This document shows, piece after piece, positions 26,500 through 39,400 of a stretch of 64,000 nt of DNA. Source of the stretch: Prorocentrum cordatum (Eukaryota); the NCBI GenBank assembly GCA_963575745.1, contig CAUYUJ010000126.1:1-64000 (forward strand), written 5' to 3'. Each line of letters opens with the position of its first letter. Position 1 is the first letter of the stretch. The translations under genes and the position numbers were made by a program. The notes under the pieces were generated by a model. That model was not told the DNA's origin, ran no database searches, and saw nothing but the letters and a program-made list of their open reading frames with translations.

Positions 26500-27270
26500 G
26501 GGGTCTCTGTATATTGAACTACATACTGGGGAAAAACGACAAACGAACGGATTTTCCTGAATACTGAAGCCCCTTTGCGATCGACAAACAACGCGACATC
26601 AAGAAACATACCCACCGTTCTCGAACAACGACAAACAAAGTCGCATTTCGACGTGAACTACCCTGCTCAAGCGACGAACAACACATAACATAACCTCTAA
26701 ATACTATTTCGGGATGAACAAATATATAATAGCACTTCTACGCAAACCTGCGAACTTTAAATGAATATATTCCTGAACGAATCCGTGCAAACAAAAACAT
26801 TCCACAACTCCTGAAACGAATCGGGGCCAATGGGGCCCCACGCGCCTACGCCGCGCATTCGTTTCGAAATGTTCGTGTTTTTACCTGTTGGATTCGGTCT
26901 CCAAGCCAGGACCGGCAGACGGAAAAAAAATCCCCAATCCAGAGAACCGGTTTAAAAACTATTTGGTTTCCAATAGGAACAGGGGCCGATGGGCCCCACA
27001 CGCATTCCTTCCAAAATGTTGGCATTATATCTCTTGGATTTTGTTTTGTCTCTGAGCCGGGATCGCAAGACGAAAACAAACAGATATACGAAAATCCCCC
27101 ATCCAGAGAACCGGTCCAAAAGCCATTGGTTTTCCAGAAAGAATCGGGGCCGATGAGGCCCCACGCGCATTCCTTCCCGAATGTGGGTGCTTTACCCCAA
27201 GTGAAGTGGTGACCGCGACGAACGACGACATGAATCTGGATGACTTACCCACTAGCGCCGCGCGGCGGAC
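26500..27270. repeat. AT-richer insertion with ~160-bp tandem units inside the nested LINE
   Basis: GGGGCC(A/G)ATG..GCCCCAC.CGC recurs at ~26823, ~26982 and ~27146; AAATCCCC.ATCCAGAGAACCGGT occurs twice. Confidence 0.7.
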
Positions 27271-28396
27271 GAACGACGGGGGGAACCTGGCACTACTTAC
27301 CTACTTGTAGCCGGTCAAACCCCTCTCATCGAGGAACCAGCTGAAGTTCGGCAGCACCGGCTGGGCAAGGGAGGGCCGAGCGCCGCGGCCATGAGCGAGG
27401 CCAAGCGGAACAGGGCCTGGATGCTCTTCCAGCTATGGGGGGCCGAACTCACACCTACGCAGCTCGAGGTCACTTGCGACCCTGGAGAGGGCTCGGCCAA
27501 GAGTGTGCAGCACAAGCGGATGATGAGCACACAGTACGTCTGCAGCAAGTGTGGCAAGCAGCTCTGCCTTGCCAAGTCTCGCATCTACCCTTGCAAGCGG
27601 CGCCCAGAGGGAGTGACCTTCTAGATGGGCCTGGCCAGACTCGCGGGGCAAGAAGTTGCCCAGAAGCGAGTCGCCGACTCCGCGAAGAGGGCGAAGCAGC
27701 ACTGGAAGAAAGCCCACAAGGCCCCAAGCTGCTACGCCGACTACTGCAGTCGCTACGGTCGAAAGCAGTACGACCGCAAGGAAGAGCTACGTCGTGAAGC
27801 CAAGGGTCTGCCGACGGTGCTCGAGCGAGCGCCGAGGCCCGCGGCCCACGCTCCCTCGACCCCGCCTTGGCGGGATCCGCTCCTGCGCGGAGGCCGCCCC
27901 TCGCAGGGGCCGACGCCGGCAAACGAGAGGCAAACAAACGAAAGCGAGCTCGGCGGCGCCGCGGAGGTCCTCATCCTCTGATGGGCACTGGTTCACGTCC
28001 GCGCCCATCGGGCCTGTCGAGCTTGACATCACCCAGGAACGCACGATATAATTCAAAGACTGCTGTTGCATATCTGAATTCAGACGCTGCATGTGCAGCG
28101 GGTACTGACCATGTGCACCAAATTTTTGATGCAGGCTCTGCGCACCCTTCGAGTCCGACACCGAAGGCTGTACGTTCTCGGGCTTCGACTACTGATTCAA
28201 CCTTGTCAAGGCCTATGTCTTCCTGTCAGTACAGCTTCGGCCTCAGGTACTGCGGCTACTGGTTCATCCTTGTCACTGCCGACGTTTACCTGTACTGCCT
28301 CGGCCACAGGTCCCTCGGCGTTAGAACGCACCTCGGAGTCAGAACGCACTGGCAAGGGATCCGTCTCTGGGTCCCCCTCTGTCAGTTCTCGAAATC

Positions 28397-29596
28397 ATGG
28401 CGTACAGAGCGCAAGTCCTGACCTCGGGTGCTCCTGACCTCGGGTGCTCCTCGAGCCCGCGTCCGGCACTGTCGCCACACGCTGGACCTCAGGCGAAGCG
28501 TCTGAAGCAGGAAAGAGAACGCACTGGCAAGGGATCCGTCTCTGAGTCCCCCTCTGTCAGTTCCCGAAGTTTTGGCGTACAGAGCGCACGTCCTGGTTGC
28601 GACGGGCTTCTGCCGACGTCGCCTCCCCAGGCTCAGTCGCAACATGCTGGACAGCCACGTGCTGGAAGAAGTTTAAGTTCTGATCTTGGGTGCTTCTCGA
28701 GCCCGAGCCAGGCGCAGTCGCCACGTGCTGGACCTCCGTCGAAGCGACCGAAGCAGGAGGAGGAGCTCGACTTTGCCGATCTTTGCGACACGAGCGCTCC
28801 AGACTCAGATTCCACCAAGCTCAATGTATGCACCATCAATGTCACGAGCATTACCAAGGCCAGGCTGATCACCATCCTGGAGACTCTGCCCGTATCAACC
28901 GCGACTGTGTTATGCCTCCAGGAGATACGGCACCACGAAATTCGACCACGCTGGATTTTTCAAAACGCTCTGAGATTCGGGTGGAGCATTGCCTGCTCAG
29001 ACCCACCACCGACACAAGCACGTGGGACAGTTCGACAAGGAGGATGTGCTATACTTTGGCGCCGCTTCCTGGGCAAGATTACCGTCCTCCGCCACAAAGG
29101 CCTCGGCCATCGTATGGTCGGGATACGCAGTGCTGCCGCTACGTTCCTGTCTGTCTACGGCCCTGTGGACGCGGACAGAGGATGGTTCCAACACGCCTTT
29201 GAATACTTCTCATCTTTGGGACACATGGGCCACCCAGTCTACGTGATTGGCGATCTCAATTGGCGCCCTCTTTACTCGGCCGTGACCCCGCGGTGGCACA
29301 TGAGGACGGTGCGACTGGGCACAGAGACCTCCACTACGGCAGCAGGCACTTGTCCAACGAGAGCCTTGCTGTGGGGAGAAGGAGCAGCTCCAGAGCAGAC
29401 TACGACGCACTTGTCACCTGGCACTCCTCATCATGCTCTGGTGGGGTACGTGCTTAACATCACACATGTCAATCCAACGCATACCCGTCTGAAGCGCACA
29501 GCCTCTTATACACCAGAGCGCGCCTCCAACGACGGGGAGGAAGCGTTGCTTCAAGAATTACTTGACCAAGAGGTGGGCCCGCCCCGCGGTACTTGA
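28397..29596 (+). CDS. AP-type (EEP) endonuclease of the nested LINE
   Basis: NVTS, LQE, GG, SVYGP, GDLN motifs in the expected order. The C-terminal catalytic motifs are degenerate (PTR, HH). Confidence 0.82.
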   Translation: MAYRAQVLTSGAPDLGCSSSPRPALSPHAGPQAKRLKQERERTGKGSVSESPSVSSRSFGVQSARPGCDGLLPTSPPQAQSQHAGQPRAGRSLSSDLGCFSSPSQAQSPRAGPPSKRPKQEEELDFADLCDTSAPDSDSTKLNVCTINVTSITKARLITILETLPVSTATVLCLQEIRHHEIRPRWIFQNALRFGWSIACSDPPPTQARGTVRQGGCAILWRRFLGKITVLRHKGLGHRMVGIRSAAATFLSVYGPVDADRGWFQHAFEYFSSLGHMGHPVYVIGDLNWRPLYSAVTPRWHMRTVRLGTETSTTAAGTCPTRALLWGEGAAPEQTTTHLSPGTPHHALVGYVLNITHVNPTHTRLKRTASYTPERASNDGEEALLQELLDQEVGPPRGT

Positions 29597-32500
29597 ATGA
29601 CGCCACTGACCCACCTCTGGTGGAGCGCTGGCACTACTGGCACGGGAGGGCGGAAAAGGCAATGCTTTTGGCTGTTGGACGAGGGGTGCTCGCAATTGGA
29701 TGTGAAGCTGAACGAGATAAAGGTTCGCAGCCAACTTCACGCCCGACCTCCCATTCGCCGGCTCACAGACCCGACGAGACCATCGCACTGCGTCGCCTTC
29801 GTCGTCTGCATCGGCGTTTCGCAGAACACTTACGCCAGGGCACTCCAGGTACCGCTACGCTGGAGCCGAAACACTACACTCAGTTGGCTGCTGCGGCTTT
29901 CGACGGGCTGGTTCGGGTCACGGCAGTTGGCATACCCACATACTCGGACGCGCTGGACTGGCTCTCGCAGGGAATCACCGTCGAGCAGGCTCAGATACAG
30001 AAGAGGACCTCAGCACAGTGGCGACAGCGTTTTGCGAGCTGGAGCAACGAAGTGTGGAAAGCGGCTGCTCCTCTCTTCAAGGGTGGCCAACCAGCACCAG
30101 CCCATGCAGCAGCAGATATGTGCGAGCAGTGGGCCAAGCGTTGGAAGACAGAGAACTACGACAACAGGGGCTATGTGGCCGCCTGGAGGCAACATGCCTC
30201 CGCCGTGGCCCTCCCGAAGTCCACATACCCTCAGGACTGGAGCATAGTCCAGTCCAGAGGCTTGCTACAGGGCGACAGCACGACTCCATGTACGCTCATA
30301 TCGACGCTCGTGCCAGGTACCGACGTCTCAAGGTCATGCTTTCATGGACGACAGAAGCTTGGTTGCTCAGAACACCGACGACCTCGACGCTGACTTGTTG
30401 ATGACCCAACAGTTTGATACGTCCATCGGCTACTGCGAGAACCAGAGCAAGAGGCAGCGCTGGAGTACAGACGACCCTGTTCCTGTTCGGGTGGAACACC
30501 TCGGAATACTGGCGACGCCGACAGACCACACCGTCCCCATACTTCCGAAAAGGGGGGGTCTAGAGACCGCGATATCGGTGCTGGGGGCCATTCCTGGCAG
30601 CCATCAAGTACGCCTCCGACTGGCGTGCGCATACGTGAGGCCCTTGTGGGCATGGGCTCTGCCCGTTGCGACGCCACCTCCGCGACGCTTTGCCATGCTC
30701 CTGAGCCGATCGTTGTGGGGGACGAGCTCGAGTTGGCGGTGCTTTGGCCGCTACCGGGCGCAAAATATCCGACTACACCCAGCGCACTCGGCTGCGATTC
30801 TGGGTTTTCAGAAGCTGATAGATGAGCGACTTGTCTGGAGTGATTTCTTGGACACGACGCTCTCTGTGTATGCTCGGGTACTGGGCCTTCTCTTTATCCG
30901 ATACTCGCCCAGCCAGGGCGCAGTGCTACAAGTTGACTCGCACGACAATTCAGGATCAGAGATGCGATTGAGATGATTGTGGGTGACAACTGGCAGTTCA
31001 CTACAAATAGTAAGGCTGCCCAGCACGCCCTGAGAAGTATTGCGCGCACCCGCTGTCTCCAGCAAGTGGTGCGCACGCGTCATGACGCAGGGGAGGTCGA
31101 TGATGTCGATGTCCACGCGTCCTCAAGCAAGACAGACATGAAATGGTTCAGTTCCCTGGGTGAGGAAGACCGCACGCTGCTGGCGGTTTTCAGATCGGGG
31201 GCGGTAACTTCAGAGATACGCAGACGCACGGGAGCACCATGTAAGCACTGCGGGGCTTTGAACCCAAGTTTTCGCCGCGCTTTTGCCGAGTGTCCGCGCC
31301 ATGCTGGACGGCGACGGCAGCTGGAAGACCGTTACTCATTACCCTCGTCTTTCTGGACCGGTGCGCCGCGGGTTACGAGCAATAGTGGTTGGATTACGCT
31401 TTCACAACATGATTGTGCTACAGTACGTGCGATGATGCTGACGGCGAGCTGTGCCCTCGGACTCAGTATTCTTCAAAAAGGAAAGGGAGATCTGCTCACC
31501 GATGCGACGCCCATCCTAAGGGTGAGGCGACCACTTGCATGGCAGGCGCAATAAGTTATCAAGTATGGAATTACTCCTTAAGTGACAAAATATTTCATTT
31601 CAACTTCTCTTTTATGGGCGGCCGGTCATCGCCGCGACTTTCGTGGACGACCTCGGGCACGTCCTCTTTGCGCGTCTCCCCGCCCACCTGGACGTCGCGA
31701 TTGCGCAACTCCTGCACATCCTCAACACCGCATTCGGGCAGTACCACTTGACCACCAACTGGGCAAAGGGCAAGACAAAGTGCCTCTTGAGGTATCGCGG
31801 GACCGGCACGACGCGCGCCCGCGAGGCCCGGCGCCGCGGCAGTGGGGAGCTCGCCATTTGGGCTCCCGAGGCCCAGAAATGGCTGCAGGTGGTGGCTGCC
31901 TACCACATTTGGCACGATGCTGCGCGCGACGGGCGAGGCCTATGCTAACGCGCTCCGGCGCACACAGATGGCTATGAGCGCGTGCTTGCCGATCGCGCGC
32001 ACAGTGTTCAGCAGCGCGCTGATCCCAGAGCGGCACAAGCTCAGCTTCCTGAGGTCCCTCGTGCTGTCGCGCTTGCACTTCGGCCTCCACATCGCATGCC
32101 TTCCAGTGGCGCACCTGTGCCGTCTGAATGCGGTGTACGTGCGCGGGCTCCTGCGCATTGCAGGCGATTGCCGGTTCGGCCCAGACGCGCAGTGGTCTGA
32201 CCGCGTCGTGCGCGAGCGGCTGAAAGCGGCATCGATTGACAGCCTACTCATGACCATCTGGCTGCGCTACCTGCAGCGCCTGGTGCTCCTGAGCCCCTCG
32301 GACTTGGTAGCATTGCTGCAGTTCCGCCCGAAGGGGCAGCCGCTGCCTTGGGTAAGGCTTCTCGCTGCGGCCTGCGAGGTCCTGCGACGTCGGGGCTTGG
32401 TGCCTCCGGCCATGCCTGGGTTTTTCGATTCACCGCTGGGATGGGCCGAACTGTTGGCCGTCCGCGAGAAGTGGGGCGACATCGTGGGTAGCGCTCACTT

Positions 32501-33321
32501 CTGCGATTCTTGCCTGGACCGCGACTGCATGGCGTCCTCGGCCACGCCTCCCACAATGAAATGCCGGATGTGTAGCGCCCGTTCCGCCTCCGCGAGCGCG
32601 CCCGCGCGGGCCATGGGCGCATCGCGCACAGGATGGCCGCTAAGGCCAAGTGCCACCTCTCCACGGCACGGTCTGCCCGTGCTGCAAGGTGCACTTCCGG
32701 CAGAAGATCCGGCTGCTGGCGCACTGGTCGGACTCCCGGCGTCCGCGATGTTTTTATTCCCCGCAACGACCACGGGCTCATGACAGCGTTCGCCGGTGTA
32801 ACAGCTCTGGCGCGACAGAAGTGCTGTAAAACACACTACAAACGCGCACAAATGCCATGTTCAAATTTCGTGCGAAACGGCCCAAAATCGAGCACAGCGG
32901 TTCGGGTCCGAAACGCTGTTTTACGAGTGCGACGCATTGTTGGACTTGGGTGAGGGCGCATACTGCTCCCGTGACCGCTGACCAGCAAGCGCAGGTGGAC
33001 GAAGAGCTCCGATCCGCCCGACGCGCTGGACAGCGCGCCGGAAGGACTCACGCCTTATGCCACCCTGCCGGCGAGGAGGGCCGATGGACGTGCCGTCCAG
33101 CGCCTCGGCTGACAGTAGCCACACGCCCTGCCATACGTTTTGCCCGTAGCGACCTGTGCTGCCTGACACTCAGCTTGCGCCGTCGGCACTGCTCGATCTC
33201 CGTCATTATTTGTGTGTTGTACAATGTTCCCATCGCTCTTGAGACTAATATCCCTTGCTATATGTATATATATATATATGTATATATATAGATATACATA
33301 TATATATATATGTATATATGT

Positions 33322-33639
33322 ATCGGAGGTGAGGGGGTGAGATCGAAGTGGAACGGAGAGCCCCCCTGCCGGGAAATCGATTTCGGTTTCGTGTTCGTGC
33401 GTGCCGTGCGTGCGTGCGAGGCGAAGCTGCGTGGGCGGGCGAGAGAGAGGTCTCCTGTGGTTGAGGCGCGGCCGGACCAAATGTCTCCCTTCCGGGCGGC
33501 CGGGGGCCCGCGGTGTCCCGCTGGTGTCCCGCTGGTGTCTCCTGTGGCTGAGGCGCGGCCGGACCAAATGTCTCCCTTCCGGGCGGCCGGGGCCCCGCGG
33601 TGTCCCGCCGGTGTCCCGTCGGTGCCCCGTCGGTGTCCC

Positions 33640-33721
<82 letters not shown>

Positions 33722-34582
33722 TTGATGGTGATGATGGTGATGATGATGTTGATGTTTTACTTCGATGATCGATAGTGAGATCGATAGTGAGGTCGAATGT
33801 GAGATCGATAGTGAGGTCGATAGTGATATCGATTGTGAGATTGAACGTCAGACCGAATGTCAGACCGATTGTGAGATCGATTGTGAGATCGATAGTGGTA
33901 TCGATAGTGAGATCGATTGTGAGACCGAATGGGAGATCAAATGTGAGATCGATTGTGATATCGATAATTAGATCGATAGCGAGACCGAATGCGAGATCGA
34001 TTGTGGGATCTATTGTGAGATCGATAGTCAGATCGATTGTGAGATCGATCGATTGAGATTGATAATGAGATCGATAGTGAGTTCGATAGTGAGATCGATG
34101 GTGAGACCTTGTGAGATCGGTTGTGATATCGATAGTGAGTTCGATAGTGGGACCGAATGTAAGACCGATAATGAGATCGAAAGTGAATTCGATAGTGAGA
34201 TCGATAGTGAGACCGAATGCGAGATCGATTGCGAGATCGATTGTGACATCCATAGTGAGATCGATAGTGAGACCGAATGTGAGATCGATAATGAGAACGA
34301 TTGTGAGTTTGATAGCGGGATCGATAGTCGGATCGAATGTGAGATCGACTGTGAGATCGATTGTGATATCGATTGTGAGATCAATAGCGAGACCGATTGT
34401 GAGATCGATGGTGAGATCGATTGTGAGATCGATTGTGCGACCGATAATCAGATCGATCGTGAGATCGATCGATTGAGATCGATTGTGAGATCGGTAGTGA
34501 GTTCGATAGTGAGATCGATCGAGTGCGACGTTGGCCCCTCCCCCCCCCTCACCTCCTTATCACCCGAAGGGTGGTCGTATAG
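33322..34582 (+). mobile_element. Hairpin-ended non-autonomous element, copy 1 (Helentron/HINE-like architecture)
   Basis: Starts ATCGGAGGTGAGGGG after (TA)n. Internal CGGTGTCCCG, (GAT)n and 12-mer GAGATCGATTGT arrays. Ends CCCCTCACCTCC-TTAT-CACCCGAAGGGTG-GTCGTATAG. Confidence 0.75.
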
Positions 34583-34598
34583 CTATATTAAATATAAT

Positions 34599-35525
34599 AT
34601 CGGAGGTGAGGTGGGTGAGATCGAAGTGGAACGGAGAGCCCCCCTACCGGGAAATCGATTTCGGTTTCGTGTTCGTGCGTGCCGTGCGGGCGAAAGAAAG
34701 TCTCCTGTGGCTGAGGCGCGGCCGGACCCAATGATTCCCTTCCTGGCGGCCGGGGCCCCGCGGTGTCCCGCCGGTGTCCCGCGGTGTCCCGCGGTGTCCC
34801 GCGGTGTCCCGCAGGTCCCGCGGTGTCCCGCCGGTGTGCCGCGGTGTCCCGCGAGGATGATGATGAGGTGATGATGATGATGATGATGATGATGATGAGA
34901 TGATGATGATGATGGTGTCCCGATGAAGATGATGATGCTGATGATGGTGTCGATGATGATGATAGTGTCCCGATGAGGAGGATGATGATGCTAATGATGA
35001 TTATGTTGATGATGATGACGATGGTGTCCCGATGATGATGATGATGATTCCGATGATGTTGGTGATGATGATGTTGATGGAATTGGTGTCCTGGCGATAA
35101 TGATGTTGATGATGATGTTGATGATGATTATGGTGTCCCGATGACGATATTGATGATGATGGTGATGATGATGATGGTGATGCTGATGGTGTCTCGATGA
35201 TGATAACAATGATAATGACGATGTTGATGATGATGTTGCTCATGATGATGATGGTGCCCCAATGATGATGATGTTGTCGATGATGATGCGATGATCATGA
35301 TGATGATGGTGTCCCGAGGATGATGACGATGTTGATGATAATGTTGATGATGAGCACGATGGTGATCATGATGGTGTCCCGATTATGATGATGATTCTGA
35401 TGATGCTGCTGATGATGATGACGATGACTGTGCCCCGATGATGATGATGTTGATGATGAGATGATGATGGTGATGGTGATGATGATGTTGTCCTGATGAT
35501 GGTGCTGACGTTGATAATGATAATT

Positions 35526-35559
<34 letters not shown>

Positions 35560-35897
35560 CTGTGCCCTCATGATGATGACGATGCTGGTGATGATGTTGA
35601 TGTTGATGATGTTGATGATGATGATGATGATGACGTTGATTGTGAAAGCGATTGTGATATCGATAGTGAGATCGATAGTGAGACCGAATGTGAGATCGAT
35701 TGTGTGATCGATTGTGAGATCGATTGTGAGATCAATTGTGAGATCGATCGAATGAGATAGATCGAGTGAGATCGATCAAGTGAGATCGATCGAGCGAGAC
35801 CGATAGTGAGATCGATACTGAGATCGATCGTGAGACCGATTGAGTGAGACGTTGGTTCCCCCCCCGAACCTCCTTATCACCCGAAGGGTGGTCGTAT

Positions 35898-35899
<2 letters not shown>
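34599..35899 (+). mobile_element. Hairpin-ended non-autonomous element, copy 2 (head-to-tail)
   Basis: Same 5' ~90 bp and same 3' ACCTCCTTATCACCCGAAGGGTGGTCGTATAG, followed by (TA)n. The internal arrays differ in length. Confidence 0.75.
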
Positions 35900-35930
<31 letters not shown>

Positions 35931-36020
35931 TGGTCCGAGGCTCCAGGCCCACGCCCCCCCCCAGATGGGATGGGTCTCAGGGCCCCTCGGGCCCTCCCCC
36001 TCTCCTGATGGGATGGGGGG

Positions 36021-36074
<54 letters not shown>

Positions 36075-36393
36075 AGCGTCGACGACGACGACGACGGCGA
36101 CAACGACGACGGCGTCGACGACGACGGCGACGACGACGGCGACGACGGCGACGACGACGACGACGGTGACGACGACGGCGGCGACGACGACGACGACGAC
36201 GGCGACGACAGCGACGACGACGACGGCGACGACGACGGCAACGACCACCAGAGCTCTCCTGGGGCACCACAGCACCAGGCCACGCACGCCACACCCACAG
36301 CACCACACCGCACCCACAGGGGGGGGGATCGTTCGGGGGGGGAGGGGGGGCCCGATGGCATCAGCATGAGCGCGGGGGGGGGCCAGACCCTGA

Positions 36394-36433
<40 letters not shown>

Positions 36434-36496
36434 TATAAGTGTGTGTATATATATATATATGTGATACCGAAGAGAACCCCAATCATATTTTTGGGG

Positions 36497-36750
36497 GGGG
36501 CTATGGGGCTATAGGGCTATGGGGCTATGAGACTATAGGGCTAGAGGGCTAGAGTGTCGTATGGCTGTAGGGCTGTGGGGCTATTGGGCTGTTGGGCTAG
36601 AGGGCTGTAGGGATATGGGGCTATAGGGCTGTAGGGCTGTAAGGCTATAGGGCTGTGGGGCTATGGGGCTATAGGGTTATTGAGCTATTGGGCTTTAAGG
36701 CTGTAGGGATATAGGGCTATAGGGCTGTAAAGCTATAGGGCTATAAGGAG
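36497..36750. repeat. 9-mer tandem repeat (GGGCTATAG-like)
   Basis: Degenerate GGGCT(A/G)TAG/GGG units. Confidence 0.85.
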
Positions 36751-37156
36751 GCTATGGTGCACCCGGGCACCTGGGCACCTGGGCGGGCCGAAGAAATCGG
36801 CGACGCAGCTCCCGGGCACCCGGGCACCCGGGCGGGCCGCCAAAATCGGCGACGCAGCTAACCTGACAATATGAATCCGCTAGGACCACTACAGAGGCAA
36901 GCGCTGCTAGGGAAACATTTTTATATATATATATATATATATATACATGATCGGCGCATTGGGAAGAAAAAAATGGGAGGGGTATGATCTCAGATATGGG
37001 GCCAGCGCTCCTAGCTTCCGCCCTCCCTCTCTCTGTGACAGTCTGTGTATCTATATCGCTCTTCGGTTCCTCCCTGTGTCCCTTTCTTTTTCCTTTTATT
37101 GTTTGTTTCTCTCTCTCTCTCTCTTTCTCTGACTTTATGTTTTCTTCGTTTCTCTT

Positions 37157-37194
<38 letters not shown>

Positions 37195-37349
37195 GCGCCG
37201 TCGGACGGGAGTTGATGGGGACAAAAAAAGTGGGGGCAATCGGGATGCAGGAAGGTGGCTAACAAAGGCTTCTGAACTGCTACACGGCCCCACCTGGTGC
37301 TGGAAAGGTGCACATTTTCTCAAACCACGCTCAGTTCCCAAGCGGGCCC

Positions 37350-37767
37350 CTCCTCCTCCTCCTCCTCCTCCTCCTCCTCCGCCTCCCCATCTCGCATTTC
37401 CTGTCCCTCAGCCTTTTCCTCATCCAGCGGCGGCCCGGTCTCCCGCCATGTGGCTGCTCAGCAGCGGTCTGAACTCCTGCAGCACAGGGGGCCGAGAACC
37501 CGCAGTGTCGAAGGCGCCCCAGCCCAGCCCCTCCTCCGCCCCCTCCTCTTCCCCTACATTATCCTTCTCGTCCTTCCTCCCGTTCCTCTACCTCCTCCTC
37601 ATCATCCTCCCCATTGCTCCTCCAACTCATCCTCCTCCTCCGCCTCCTCCTCCTGTTCTTATTAGTCGTATCCTCCTTCTCCTTCTTATTCATAACATTA
37701 TTCGTATTATTCCGATTGCTCGAATTCTTCTTAATCGTGTCGTTAATACTACTATTTTCACTATTAT

Positions 37768-37841
<74 letters not shown>

Positions 37842-37853
37842 TTACTACTACTA

Positions 37854-37885
<32 letters not shown>

Positions 37886-37942
37886 ACGACTACGACTACG
37901 ACTACGACTACGACTACGATTACGACTACGACTACGACTACG

Positions 37943-37991
<49 letters not shown>

Positions 37992-37995
37992 TGAT

Positions 37996-38036
<41 letters not shown>

Positions 38037-39267
38037 TTACTGTTACTATTAGTATCGTTATTAGTATCACCATCATGATCATTATTATCATCATCCTCAT
38101 TATAAATAGTAGTGCTAGCATTTTTAGTAGTATTAGCAGTCGTAGCATTAATGCTATCATTCATATCAGTATTATTAGTAGTATGTTTCTTCTTAGGTGT
38201 TACTTAATCCTGTTATTCTGATTAGTCATAGAATTATTACTATTATTATTCGTAGTAGTACTACTACTGTTGTGTTTCGTGCTCTGATTGTTATGCATAT
38301 TAGTCGCCAGCTTCTACTGATGATTACTACTAGTATCATCAGTATTCGTCTTCTCATATTGATTATTCCTCTTTATCCTCCTCCTCCTCCTCTTCCTCCT
38401 CCTCTTTTTCTTCTTCGTCTTCGTATTCGTCCTCGTCTTCGTCTACGTCTTCGTCATCGTCTTCGTCTTTGTCTGCGTCTTCGTCCTCTTTTTCGTCTTC
38501 GTCGTCGTCCTCGCCCTCGTCCTCGTCCTCGTCCTCCTTCGCTTCCTCCTCCGCCTCCTACGCATTCGCCTCCGCCTCCCCCTCCGCCTCCGCCTCCGCA
38601 TCCGCCTCCGCCTCCTCCTCCGCCTCCGCCTCCGCCTCCGCCTCCGCTTCCGCCTCCGCCTCCGCCTCCGTCTCCGCCTCCGACTCCGCCTCCTCCTCGT
38701 CCTCGTCCTCGTCCTCGTCTTCGTCCTCGTCCTCGTCTTCGTCTTCCTTCAGCTCCTCCTCCTCCTCCTCCTCCTCCTCGCTCCTCCTCCTCCTGCTCCT
38801 CCTCCTCCCTCTCCTCTCCTCCCCTCCTCTTCCTCCTCCTCCTCCTCCTCCTCCTCCTCCTCCTCCCCCTCCCCCTCCGCTTCCCCCTCCGTTTCCCCCT
38901 AAGCTTCCCCCTCCGTTTCCTCCCCCTCCTCCTCCCTCCTCCTCCTCCTCCTCCTCCTCCTCCTCTCCTCCCTCCTCATCCCCTCGTCCTCTCCTCCTCC
39001 TCCTCGTCCTCCTCGTCCTCCTCCTCCTCATCCTCGTCCTCGTCCTCCTCCTCCCCTCCTCCTCCTCCTCCTCCTCCTCCTCTTCCTCCTCCTCCTCTCC
39101 TCCTCCTCCTCCTCCTCCTCCTCCTCCTCCTCCTCCTCCTCTCCCCCCTCCCTGTCCTCCTGTCCCTTTCCTCCTCCTCCTCCTCCTCCTCTTCCTCCTC
39201 TTCCTCCTCTTCCTCCTCTTCCTCCTCTTCCTCCTCTTCCTCCTCTTCCTCCTCTTCCTCCTCGTCC

Positions 39268-39314
<47 letters not shown>

Positions 39315-39400
39315 CTCCTCCTCCTCCTCCTCCTCCTCCTCCTCCTGCTCGCCATAACCACCACCACCACCATCAAACCATCATCAACAGCACAATAACA
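37350..39400. repeat. Compound microsatellite (TCC/TAC/TAG/TAT)
   Basis: Pure and decayed trinucleotide blocks. Confidence 0.93.

Larger units (their letters stand above)
24070..31615 (+). mobile_element. Nested decayed LINE (ORF1-like region with OTU-like and Cys/His motifs, APE endonuclease, internally deleted RT, Cys-rich C-terminus)
   Basis: APE motifs TINVTS, CLQEIRH, GGCAILW, SVYGP, IGDLN. RT retains only RGLLQGD and FMDD. C-terminal CKHCG...EC. Confidence 0.85.
22340..33257 (+). mobile_element. Decayed LINE (RTE-like RT), outer element, split by a nested LINE
   Basis: KGVGPDGI, WKRKGDPAVCDNSRGLLLADH, QCGAVAGRG, AFDKIVRE, GGRQGC (23302-24060). It resumes with ATFVDD, NWAKGKT, SLVLSRLHFG (31616-32500) and is followed by (TA)n. 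The 5' limit is approximate. Confidence 0.85.

Noticed and set aside
36497..36750. Interstitial telomere
   Set aside because: The unit is a 9-mer GGGCTATAG, not TTTAGGG.
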